64,000 nt of DNA from an uncultured Verrucomicrobiae bacterium (GTDB lineage: Bacteria; Verrucomicrobiota; Verrucomicrobiia; Chthoniobacterales; JAFAMB01): contig CAWIPH010000002.1 of the NCBI GenBank assembly GCA_963837955.1, positions 2,432,001-2,496,000 on the forward strand. The letters are read 5' to 3'. Below the pieces are notes generated by a model that saw nothing but the letters and a program-made list of their open reading frames with translations, was not told the DNA's origin and made no database searches. A program made the translations under genes and the position numbers. The first letter of the stretch is position 1, and every line of letters begins with the position of its first letter. This document shows positions 29,858 through 38,714 of the stretch, one piece after another.

Positions 29858-30484
29858 ATGAGAATCGCTTATTTGATTCTTTCCGTTGTCCTGAGCGCCG
29901 CCGGCGTTTTAGCTCAACAATCGCCCATAACCGCCACGACCGAAGACGGTCGGAAAATCTTGGTCTATCCAGACGGAACCTGGAAACCCGTAAAGCAGAC
30001 CGATAAGGAGAGCGCCGGGGGTAAATATGATCGGCCCACAGATTCTAAACTTTTCGTCAAGGCTACGAGAGGGACCTTTGGCGTCTGGATTAACGAGGAG
30101 AAGTGGAAACAATCAGCTCCGGCCGATGAAGCCGGTTCCAAGGTCACGTTTGAACACAAGAAAGATGATGCGTATGCAATGGTTATCTCCGAACGCATCC
30201 AGTTAACGATGGATGGGCTCAAAAATGCAGCCCTCAACAACGCGATAAGCGTGGCGCCTGATACCAAGATTGTCTTCGAGGAAAAGCGTGTCGTGAATGG
30301 CAAGGAAGTTCTTTGCATGAAAATGGCTGGCACATTGAAGGGCATAGCCTTCTTCTATTATGGTTATTACTACGGAGGTACGGAAGGCACTCTCCAGGTT
30401 GTGACTTACACATCCGCAAACCTCTTTGATGAGTACAAGGCGGACCTCGAAGAGTTTTTGGATGGCACTCAAATCGGTGGATAG
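29858..30484 (+). CDS. Secreted hypothetical protein (N-terminus DUF3157-like)
   Basis: Signal peptide followed by ITATTEDGRKILVYPDGTW; the remainder resembles a small alpha/beta periplasmic domain. Confidence 0.7.
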   Translation: MRIAYLILSVVLSAAGVLAQQSPITATTEDGRKILVYPDGTWKPVKQTDKESAGGKYDRPTDSKLFVKATRGTFGVWINEEKWKQSAPADEAGSKVTFEHKKDDAYAMVISERIQLTMDGLKNAALNNAISVAPDTKIVFEEKRVVNGKEVLCMKMAGTLKGIAFFYYGYYYGGTEGTLQVVTYTSANLFDEYKADLEEFLDGTQIGG

Positions 30485-30938
30485 CGCATTTTCCGTAATT
30501 CGATGGTTAGGGTGCTAGTGATGAACGCTGAGGTTCGTTACAGATTTATACAGAAGTAAGCGAAGAAGGTTTTGAACAGAAGGTAGCAAAGGAAGCAAAG
30601 TAGGATCCATTCGGCAGAGCGATGGACTGCGACCTCTGTTTTCTCCTGTTAAACTTGTGCTTGGGCGAGGGGTTCATGAAATTCTAGCTCTTCGAGAGGC
30701 TCGAATAGAAGACACACGTTGGGGCGATGATTGCGGCCTCGCCGGTAGCTTTTCACTTCTGTTTACCATGCTCTACCGAGGCTTCGCGGGAGTTGAAGAA
30801 TCTGAGGAACTTCAGTCTTTGCTTCCTTTGCTACCTTCTGTTCAAAACTTCTTTGCTCACTTCTGTTTGTCTGTAAGCCGCGCTTTTGACTCCTGGTTCC
30901 GAGCAATCCATCGGCCAAGGGCTTCGTCGCATTTCGCA

Positions 30939-30974
30939 GTTCCAGAATGGGACAATTCCTTCTCATTTTGAGAC
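30939..30974. promoter_or_regulatory. Putative paired enhancer sites for a sigma-54 activator
   Basis: GTTCCAGAATGGGAC (30939-30953) and TTCTCATTTTGAGAC (30960-30974), 21 bp apart; the second shares 14/14 bases with 10900-10913. Confidence 0.55.
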
Positions 30975-31134
30975 AGTCGCTACCAGGATAAGTCACCTCA
31001 CACAAAGACACGAAGCCGCAAAGGGTTGGCGAACCGCCGGACAAGGGTGCTTCGGCGCTCGGTGTTTTAGCGTGAGCCCTCTTTCGAGGCTCAAAATCTT
31101 GGCAGAGAACGGAAAGCACAAGATTTCGGCGGAG

Positions 31135-31149
31135 TGGCATACAAGCTGC
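31135..31149 (+). promoter_or_regulatory. Putative sigma-54 (-24/-12) promoter
   Basis: TGGCATACAAGCTGC has GG-N10-GC spacing and lies about 30 bp before ATG 31179. Confidence 0.6.
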
Positions 31150-31178
31150 CTTCAGTAAGCAGAATTGCCCCCAGAACG

Positions 31179-33626
31179 ATGCACGGTTTGCTCCAATCGC
31201 TGCGCTACACCATCCGGCTGCTGCTGAAATCACCGGGATTTACGATTACTGCGGTTCTAATCCTCGGATTCGGGATCGGTACAAACACGGCCATCTTCAG
31301 TTTGATCGATGCAGTGCTCCTGAATCCGTTACCGTTTCCCAAAGCTGATCGGTTGATCCGCATCTCTCAACCTAGAACAAATGATGGGTACTGGTCGGAG
31401 TTAGATTATCCCGACTACCTGGATATTCGGAGTCGTAACCATAGCTTCGATGTCCTCTCTGTATCGTTTTGGTGGTATCTAGATTTGAGCGGTCAAGGGG
31501 AGGCCAGACGGCTTACTGCAATTTTTGCCTCTCCTGATCTATTCAGGGTTACAAATCTGCCATTCCTTCTTGGTCGGCCGTTTACTGAGGATGAAGACAA
31601 ATCCGGCGGACCGCTGGTGACAGTACTGAGCGAATCCTTGTGGCGGACCCGCTTCAATTCGGATCCGAACATTATCGGTAAGAACCTCATATTGAGTGGT
31701 GAAAGCTTTCAGGTCATTGGGGTATGTCCGAGACAAGCCGAAGACGTAACTACGCCTCCTGTCGATATCCTGTACGTGCCAGTACATGTGTCGGAGTTTT
31801 TCTACGGCTCATGGCTCCAGAAGCGTGAGGAACATGGCCTGTTCGGTTTTGGGAGATTGAAAGAAGGGGTCAGTCTTACTCAGGCCCAAGCCGATTTGGA
31901 AGTCATTCAGGGTAACTTGGTCGCCCAATATCCCGATACCGACAAAGGCTATGGGATTCGCGTCGTCCCTCTACTGGACAATACGGTCGCTACTTATTCG
32001 TCAACCGTCTGGCTTTTAGGAGCCGCTGTGGGCTGTCTCCTTCTAATTTCCAGCGCAAACGTGGCTAATCTACTTTTTGCTAGAGCCCTGGAGCGCCACA
32101 GAGAAATGACAATTCGCGCGACGCTCGGCGCGTCGCGACTGCGGCTTGCTGGTCAGCTTCTTCTCGAGACCGGGTTTCTTTCGTTACTGGGCGGCATTGT
32201 CGGTCTTTTGGTTGCGCTGTTGAGCAGCGCTTTAATTAAGGCGTTCAGCCCAGAATACCTGCGTTCTTTCCAGGAGGTTAGCCTCGATACCAGAGCCCTC
32301 GTTTTCATCTTCGGCGTGACGTCACTCGTCTCAGTGTTATCAGGACTGCTCCCGGCGCTGAGTCTTTCTAGGGCGAGTCTCGGTTCTGCACTCAAAGAGC
32401 AGGGCGGTCGCGCCGGTACAGTTGGCCCCCAACGGCAAAGAGCGCAATCCATGCTGGTCGCAGGCCAGGTTGCTCTCGCCTGCGTATTGCTCATCGGGGC
32501 AGGCCTACTCGTTCGTAGTTTTTTGGCGACTCAAAGTCTTCCGCTCGGGTTCAACCCACATCACCTCCTAACTGCTGACATCAATCCCACGAGCAAAAAG
32601 TACGCGGACATGGGCCGTCTTCGGAACTTGTTCGATGCGGTATTGGAAAAAGCTCAGCAGCTGCCCGGGGTTACCGATGCGGCAATGAACTCGGAACAAC
32701 CGTTTGAGTTCACTTTTGGCGACCCGAATTCTCCCTTTTGGATACCTGAGAAATCCGATCCCGAACCGGGAAAAGAACCCACGATGTGCGCGCAGGAAAT
32801 TTCCCCTGGATACTTCAGAACGCTGCAGATCCCTTTGTTGAAAGGGCGCGACTTCGATGCGGCAGATCGAGCCGGCGGTCAGAACGTCGTCATTGTCGAT
32901 GAGGCTCTAGCGCAACGCTTTTTTCCCGGTGAGGACTCGATCGGTAAACAGATTCAGACCCGCGGAGCATCGGACGGCAAGAAGACTTGGACGATTGTGG
33001 GTGTGGCCCAAGGCTCCCGACACAACAGTCCCGACCATCCGCTTGCGCAATTTCAAACCTATTTTCCATACAGTCAGCGAGACAACCTTTATCGGCAATT
33101 TCTGCTCTTACGTAGCACGGGCGATCCTACGGTATTAGTCCAGGCCGTCCGGAAACTTGTTGCGGAAGTCGATCCAGAGGTGCCTGTAACCCAGTTCACG
33201 AGCTTTGATGACCTAATTGCTGATAGATTTTGGGCGCGCCGGCTGGGGGTACTGCTGGTCAGCATCTTCTCCGGAGCCGCATTGTTCCTGTCGGCAGTTG
33301 GCTTATATGGCGTATTAGCCTATTCGGTCGGCCAACGAAGACGCGAGATCGGTGTCCGGATCGCTCTGGGTGCACAGGCATCCAACATTCTACGGTTGGT
33401 CATTCGGCGAGGGCTCAAGCTGGTCGGTGTTGGCCTCCTCGTTGGCATTATGGCCGCGCTTATCTTTGTCCGCTTCATCGAGAGTATTCTTTATGGAGTA
33501 TCAGGCACCGATCCGATCACGCTCGGGCTGGCTGTTCTCGTCCTCGGACTAGCGGCGTTAGTAGCTTGTTTGCTACCGGCGTTGCGGGCAACGCGGATTA
33601 ACCCGATAACGGCGCTCCGAGAATGA
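31179..33626 (+). CDS. ABC permease 7, ADOP-type
   Basis: Start [50 protein letters not shown] and INPITALRE motifs. Confidence 0.93.
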   Translation: MHGLLQSLRYTIRLLLKSPGFTITAVLILGFGIGTNTAIFSLIDAVLLNPLPFPKADRLIRISQPRTNDGYWSELDYPDYLDIRSRNHSFDVLSVSFWWYLDLSGQGEARRLTAIFASPDLFRVTNLPFLLGRPFTEDEDKSGGPLVTVLSESLWRTRFNSDPNIIGKNLILSGESFQVIGVCPRQAEDVTTPPVDILYVPVHVSEFFYGSWLQKREEHGLFGFGRLKEGVSLTQAQADLEVIQGNLVAQYPDTDKGYGIRVVPLLDNTVATYSSTVWLLGAAVGCLLLISSANVANLLFARALERHREMTIRATLGASRLRLAGQLLLETGFLSLLGGIVGLLVALLSSALIKAFSPEYLRSFQEVSLDTRALVFIFGVTSLVSVLSGLLPALSLSRASLGSALKEQGGRAGTVGPQRQRAQSMLVAGQVALACVLLIGAGLLVRSFLATQSLPLGFNPHHLLTADINPTSKKYADMGRLRNLFDAVLEKAQQLPGVTDAAMNSEQPFEFTFGDPNSPFWIPEKSDPEPGKEPTMCAQEISPGYFRTLQIPLLKGRDFDAADRAGGQNVVIVDEALAQRFFPGEDSIGKQIQTRGASDGKKTWTIVGVAQGSRHNSPDHPLAQFQTYFPYSQRDNLYRQFLLLRSTGDPTVLVQAVRKLVAEVDPEVPVTQFTSFDDLIADRFWARRLGVLLVSIFSGAALFLSAVGLYGVLAYSVGQRRREIGVRIALGAQASNILRLVIRRGLKLVGVGLLVGIMAALIFVRFIESILYGVSGTDPITLGLAVLVLGLAALVACLLPALRATRINPITALRE

Positions 33627-33700
33627 GAAGGGAAAACGCGGAGAACACAAAAAGGGGCTGAATACAGAAAGATAGAATGGAGAACGCGAGAATCGATAGG

Positions 33701-33787
33701 GTAGCCTAATGCTCCAGCCGCAGGAAATCGGAGCTGATCAAAAAACGGATCGAGGTCGTGGATTCCTGAGCCAGAGGATCAGGCTAC
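33701..33787. repeat. GTAGCCT-family REP pair
   Basis: GTAGCCTAATGCTCCAGCCGCAGGAA ... TTCCTGAGCCAGAGGATCAGGCTAC. Confidence 0.75.
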
Positions 33788-33892
33788 TCTACCCGTCACA
33801 ACGCGCAGCGGCCCCGAGTACGAGAAGACCTGATAAGTTGTAACTCGCAGCCTGCAACTTGCAACGTGTAACCTGCAGCCCTCAACCACCGC

Positions 33893-34573
33893 ATGATCAC
33901 ACTGAAAAACATCGAGAAATGTTACAAATTGAAGGGCGGTTTTTATTACGTCCTCCAACAAATCAGCTTCACGATAGAGGAGGGGGAATTTGTATCGATT
34001 ATGGGTCCTTCGGGAGCCGGTAAATCAACACTTCTCCATATCCTTGGTTTGCATGATGCAAATTGGGAAGGGGAGTATCATTTACTGGGTCAGCAGGTAC
34101 ACAAGTTGCCTCCCAAAGAACGGCTGGCGTTGCAGAAGAAACATACCGGGTTCGTGTTTCAGTCCTATCATCTGCTCGACGATCTTACGGTGTACGAAAA
34201 CATCGAACTGCCGTTGGCATATCGCGATGTACCGAAAAAAGAACGTGAATCGATTGTCTGTGATGCGCTGGACAAATTCAACATCGTGGGAAAACGCGAT
34301 CTTTTTCCGGCGCAGCTTTCGGGCGGCCAACAGCAGCTTGTTGGCGTCGTGCGAGCGACGGTAGCGAAGCCTGAATTACTCCTGGCGGACGAACCGACTG
34401 GTAATCTGCATTCGGATCAAGCCAAAGAAATCATGGAACTGTTTCGGAAGCTGAATGCCGCCGGTACGACGATCGTTCAGGTTACCCATTCCGAAACGAA
34501 CGCCAGTTACGGAAAGCGGATCATACGGCTCAAGGATGGGTGGATGGAACGCGGCGGCAGCGGCGGCCCGTAG
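33893..34573 (+). CDS. ABC transporter ATP-binding protein B (variant signature)
   Basis: [42 protein letters not shown] and VTHS motifs. Confidence 0.93.
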   Translation: MITLKNIEKCYKLKGGFYYVLQQISFTIEEGEFVSIMGPSGAGKSTLLHILGLHDANWEGEYHLLGQQVHKLPPKERLALQKKHTGFVFQSYHLLDDLTVYENIELPLAYRDVPKKERESIVCDALDKFNIVGKRDLFPAQLSGGQQQLVGVVRATVAKPELLLADEPTGNLHSDQAKEIMELFRKLNAAGTTIVQVTHSETNASYGKRIIRLKDGWMERGGSGGP

Positions 34574-34642
34574 CCCATAGCCAAGAGCAGATAGCAAATG
34601 CCAGCCGCCGGATGACAGATGACAGATTGGAGCGAAAGCCGA

Positions 34643-34708
34643 GTAGCCTGATGCTCCGCCTCAGGAATCCAAGACGCGCCAATTTCCTGAGGCGGAGCAT
34701 CAGGCTAC
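34643..34708. repeat. Perfect 25-bp inverted repeat (GTAGCCTGAT family) between convergent genes; possible bidirectional terminator or mRNA stabiliser
   Basis: GTAGCCTGATGCTCCGCCTCAGGAA / TTCCTGAGGCGGAGCATCAGGCTAC. Confidence 0.85.
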
Positions 34709-34733
34709 GCTTCCTTTGCTGCGTAATCTGCAG

Positions 34734-35198
34734 TTAAGATTCTCCTCTTGCTGCCCGGTAGACCGACATCTTCAGCCTGTTGCGGTCTCCCACCGCGTGG
34801 CTTAAAAATTGGCCGTTGTTCAACCAGCTATAACGTGATTCTGAGGTCTCGAATTTTGCGACGCCGATCAGATAACTCTCGCCAGGCGCGACCAGCTCGT
34901 TAGCTAACATGCGAGTCAAAGCTCCGTTGCTACCCCACCATTCACCGCGATCAATCATCGAAATCTCGGCGCCGTCGTAGGTTAGAATGTTAATCTGAGT
35001 GACGGTTGAGAGCCGGCCGCTGCTCCCAAAATCACCGATGAGGTGCGCTCTAGTGACTCGACCGTTCAGCCGGGGACCGCTGATGATTCCGTCGGTGCTC
35101 ACGATCCCCTTTTTTATCGCTTCAAGATCCTCCGGCTCTTTTGGAATCAACAGTATAGCAACAAGCTCGACAGCTCTTGGGATCGGGGCATCAGACAT
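34734..35198 (-). CDS. DUF3237-like beta-barrel protein
   Basis: GIISGPRLNGRV, ILTYDGAEI and FETSESRYSWLN patterns. Confidence 0.6.
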   Translation of the reverse strand: MSDAPIPRAVELVAILLIPKEPEDLEAIKKGIVSTDGIISGPRLNGRVTRAHLIGDFGSSGRLSTVTQINILTYDGAEISMIDRGEWWGSNGALTRMLANELVAPGESYLIGVAKFETSESRYSWLNNGQFLSHAVGDRNRLKMSVYRAARGES

Positions 35199-35707
35199 AG
35201 AACTTGTTCAGCATCGCGTAAACTCCCCGGGGGCTGGGACGAAACTTGTATTCTGCGAACTTTTCCGGTGTGATCCAGCGAAAGCTTCCGGTGAAGCCAA
35301 TGGGTAGAATGACCACAGAAGCTAGAATTTAGCATCTGGCATCAGCCGTAAATTAACTCGAATTGATGTTCTCGCGCAGACATACGGACGGAGGGGTCGC
35401 GGCCTGTCCGACATCGCCTTGGGCATGTCCTGCTGAACATCCAACGGTATTTGGCGACGTCGGATCGGCGGTGCGCCCTTGCCACCGCGGCAGGTAAGCG
35501 ACCGCCGGGCGGGGCTAGCTGCCGATTGCCGCTCACTTGACTGCATGCTCTGCCGGGCGCAAACGTAAAGCCATGGATGCAGTGCGAGCGGTCCGAGACA
35601 GGATACGCAGCCGATTCCGCATCCTTAATCGAAGAAGGAGTCCAGAATGGTGTCAGATAAATACAGACTCGTGACGCGCCAGATTTTGAACTCTACAAAC
35701 TAGCTTT

Positions 35708-36049
35708 ATGAATAAAATTACTCGGGAGGAGTTAAAGGAGAAGCTTGACCGGAGAGAGAACTTCAAGCTGGTTAATTGTTTGGACGAGTGGGCGTTCCGG
35801 GGTAAGCGCATTCCTGGCTCGACCCGTTTTGAGAGTATGCAGCATGCTTTAGAAACGCTCAATCTTAAGGAGGAGATTGTCGTGTACTGTTCGAATCCCG
35901 GATGCACAGCCAGTGTTTTAGTTTACCAACAGCTCGTCGAGCACGGCTTTCAGGACGTGTGGCACTATGCAGGCGGAGTAGCAGAATGGGAGGATGCCGG
36001 GTTTCCCTTTGAAGGCGACCGCGTCCCTCAGAAGCGTTCCGACGCGTAA
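35708..36049 (+). CDS. Rhodanese-like domain protein
   Basis: RIPGS, IVVYCSNPGCTAS and YAGGVAEW motifs. Confidence 0.9.
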   Translation: MNKITREELKEKLDRRENFKLVNCLDEWAFRGKRIPGSTRFESMQHALETLNLKEEIVVYCSNPGCTASVLVYQQLVEHGFQDVWHYAGGVAEWEDAGFPFEGDRVPQKRSDA

Positions 36050-36053
36050 ATCA

Positions 36054-36243
36054 GTAGCCTGATCCTCCCGGCTCAGGAATCAGGGGCGCTGCTGCGATTG
36101 TCAGACTGTGATCAGTGATTGGTGAGAGGGGACGCGAGATTTCTGCCGAGGATTTGCGATGGGCATGCACCATTCACCAATCACGTCTCACCTCTCACAA
36201 TTGCTGCGGCACCTTGGTTCCTGAGCCAGGAGGATCAGGCTAC
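36054..36243. repeat. ~190-bp MITE-like element (GTAGCCTGAT family) between convergent genes
   Basis: GTAGCCTGATCCTCCCGGCTCAGGAA / TTCCTGAGCCAGGAGGATCAGGCTAC termini; the interior resembles 535-640. Confidence 0.8.
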
Positions 36244-36253
36244 TTCAGGCTAC

Positions 36254-37252
36254 TTAAAGCGTGCGAACGGGGATGAATCCCTCGGCGTCTGCCCAAGTTA
36301 ATGGATTGCGCAACGGTTTTCCAAAAGGTTTGCACTCGATCTCAACGATGTCGCCGGGCTGCGTCTGAAAGCCTTCCTGACAACTCAAAATGCTCGCACC
36401 AAAGAAATGGACGTGAACATCTCCCGGCCGGCGAAACATCGGATATTTGAAATGATGATGTTCCAGGTTCGCGATTGAGTGACACATATTGTCTTCGCCT
36501 GTGAGGATGGCGCCGCTCCAGGCTTCCTTTTCGTTTCGCCGGATTCGCACTGTGCCGGCCAGGCTCGAAGGCAGGTCGCCTAGATACAACTCGGGACCAT
36601 ACGAGCAGGAACGTAATTTTGAGTGCGCGAGATAAAGATAGTTCTGTTTTTCCAGCACATGGTCAGCGAACTCATTGCCGAGCGCGTATCCGATCCGAAC
36701 CGGCGTGCCTTCCGGATCAATGAGGTACAATCCAGTTAACTCTGCTTCCTCACCACCATCGTTGGCAAACGCCGGCGATGCGATCGATTGCTCGGGATTA
36801 ACGACACATTGGCCGTCTCCTTTAAAAGCCCATTCCGGTTGCGCACCGGTATCTCCCGGCTTGGGTTTTCCGCCTTCGTATCCGAGACGGAACATCTTCA
36901 TCGAATCCGTCAATTGGTTTGGATCTGCTGCCAGGTTAACGTGCATTGCATCCCGCGATTTGGCGCTGCCGAGATGGGTTAGACCAGTGAGTGAAACCCA
37001 GCATCGAGCCGGATCTGGATGATCAAATGGAACGAGCACCCGTCGATCCCGAATGACTTGATCATATGATTCGGTTCGTTCGGACAGATGCTTCGTGGCC
37101 AGTTCTGCCAGTGTGCTTTGCACGCGAATAGCTTCGTTGGCGAGCTCATACACTGAAGCATACTGACCCAATATCCGAAGGGTCGATTGATCATCGCTCG
37201 GGCTAGCGACCCGGCGATCGCCGCTGAGGTCCAAAAATTGAACGAGGTTCAT
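36254..37252 (-). CDS. AraD1/GguC-like fumarylacetoacetate hydrolase family protein
   Basis: Start reassigned to MNLVQF; DHPDPARCWVSLTGLTHLGSA, QPEWAFKGDG, DGGEEAE, NYLYLAHSKLR and RRPGDVHVHFFG motifs. Confidence 0.85.
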   Translation of the reverse strand: MNLVQFLDLSGDRRVASPSDDQSTLRILGQYASVYELANEAIRVQSTLAELATKHLSERTESYDQVIRDRRVLVPFDHPDPARCWVSLTGLTHLGSAKSRDAMHVNLAADPNQLTDSMKMFRLGYEGGKPKPGDTGAQPEWAFKGDGQCVVNPEQSIASPAFANDGGEEAELTGLYLIDPEGTPVRIGYALGNEFADHVLEKQNYLYLAHSKLRSCSYGPELYLGDLPSSLAGTVRIRRNEKEAWSGAILTGEDNMCHSIANLEHHHFKYPMFRRPGDVHVHFFGASILSCQEGFQTQPGDIVEIECKPFGKPLRNPLTWADAEGFIPVRTL

Positions 37253-37491
37253 GAGGAGTAGAAATGACAGATGACAAATGAGGAATAGCCGCAAAAGAAC
37301 ACAGAGATCGCAAAGAAAGACAAACAGTAACCGAGAATGGGGGAGTGTCGCGCTACCAGTGACCCTTCTGTCTTCAAGTTTTTCGGCGTAACAAGGTTTA
37401 GTGTTGCTCTCGCTCCTGTAAGGACGCGAAGACGCAAAGAAAGACAAGATACAAAAAACGGAATCCACAATTGGTAGCAGTAACAGTCCAG

Positions 37492-38376
37492 TTACATTCC
37501 ACCCTTCCTTCCTTTGCGTCTTCGCGTCTTTGCGTGAGATTTTGTTCTCCGGGTTCCATCTTCCGTTTTTGCTCGGCCACCGCGGCGTTGTCCATCTACT
37601 CCGATTGGCCGGAGTACTTCGGGCGTTGTCCGTGATGGCTGCAGATCCAAATCTGCAACCGCTGCATCCAGAATCTGCAGGATAGCGGCACGCGCCGCGT
37701 TGGGTTGGCGCAGGCGCACAGCCTCAACCACTTGGCCGTGCAGATGAAGCGCTCGTTCGTGGGCTGAACCAAGATGGGTGGTCAACTCGAATAACGCCCG
37801 CAGAGCCGCACGGATCACGTTAGCCAGTTGAATTAACACATGGTTGTGACTGGCGACCAGAAGCGCTGTGTGGAAATCCAGGTCTGCCTCCGAACATTTT
37901 TGAACGTCATGCGGCGCGTTAGGGGGCAAAGACACGTGCATCCGTTGATAGGCCTCATCCAATCTGGCTAAATCCCTCGGGTTGGCCCGTTCGGCCGCGA
38001 GTTCAGCAGCCGCCGGCTCGATGATAAATCGTGCTTCCATGAGCGATTGAACGAATCGCGGATCATGGAATTCGGAGCCTGCCCAGGCCAACAGATCCGC
38101 ATCGAGCATATTCCACTCGTTAGGGTCGAGCACCTGCGTGCCGACCCGACTCCGGCTCCGGAGCAATCCCTTTGATTCCAGAATTTTTGTTGCCTCCCTG
38201 ATCACCGTGCGGCTAACGCCGTATTGGGCGCAGAGCTCCGATTCTTTTGGTAAGTAAACCAGCGGTTGTATTTCGCCTGACAGGATCCGCCGGGCGAGGG
38301 TGGTGACGACTTCTCGCTGGACCCGCGGTTTGGGTTTGCGGAGCGTTTTGGTCGCGAGAGGTCGCTTAATTTTCAT
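37492..38376 (-). CDS. GntR/FadR family transcriptional regulator
   Basis: LPKESELCAQYGVSRTVIREA HTH, FCD domain (ADLDFHTALLVASHN); the basic C-terminal tail reads into repeat DNA. Confidence 0.9.
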   Translation of the reverse strand: MKIKRPLATKTLRKPKPRVQREVVTTLARRILSGEIQPLVYLPKESELCAQYGVSRTVIREATKILESKGLLRSRSRVGTQVLDPNEWNMLDADLLAWAGSEFHDPRFVQSLMEARFIIEPAAAELAAERANPRDLARLDEAYQRMHVSLPPNAPHDVQKCSEADLDFHTALLVASHNHVLIQLANVIRAALRALFELTTHLGSAHERALHLHGQVVEAVRLRQPNAARAAILQILDAAVADLDLQPSRTTPEVLRPIGVDGQRRGGRAKTEDGTRRTKSHAKTRRRKGRKGGM

Positions 38377-38481
38377 AATTCGCTCGCTCGTGGGGGAAAT
38401 GACCCAGGGATTCCCCGGGCGTCGCAAGCAACGCCCCTCCGATCAATAGGGATGCGATCGTACATCAATCGCTCAATTAAA

Positions 38482-38524
38482 TCATATGAAAGGATTGACA
38501 CCACCAAATTTTGCTACCTACTAT
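38482..38524 (+). promoter_or_regulatory. Putative sigma-70 promoter (TTGACA 38495-38500, TACTAT 38519-38524) with adjacent TCATATGA palindrome (candidate FadR operator)
   Basis: Consensus -35, near-consensus -10 with 18-bp spacing, located between the divergent regulator and the sugar ABC operon. Confidence 0.5.
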
Positions 38525-38714
38525 GACCTGCGCGTGGTCGGTGACACCCGGCCCCGCCAATTCAGCACACATCCCCCCGGCATCATTGGCCTATGTGGTC
38601 AAAAACGGAGAAAAGAATCAATTCTCTAGCGCTGTCCAGCGTTTTGCAGCCAGCGCGGCCGATGCCGTTCCTCTCAAGATAATATTCAACGCGTAAGTAT
38701 ACGCTCCCCCCAAA

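Noticed and set aside
12925..33626. Integron or diversity-generating retroelement explaining the permease array
   Set aside because: No integrase, reverse transcriptase, clear attC structure or adenine-specific template/variable repeat pair was seen.
35200..35700. Possible small gene or ncRNA between the DUF3237-like and rhodanese genes
   Set aside because: Only short overlapping ORFs without motifs and no RNA family I can recognise; left unannotated.
37253..37468. N-terminal extension of the AraD1-like protein
   Set aside because: Translates repeat DNA (GAATAGCCGCAAAAGAAC family and heptamers); the family-like start MNLVQF is at 37252.
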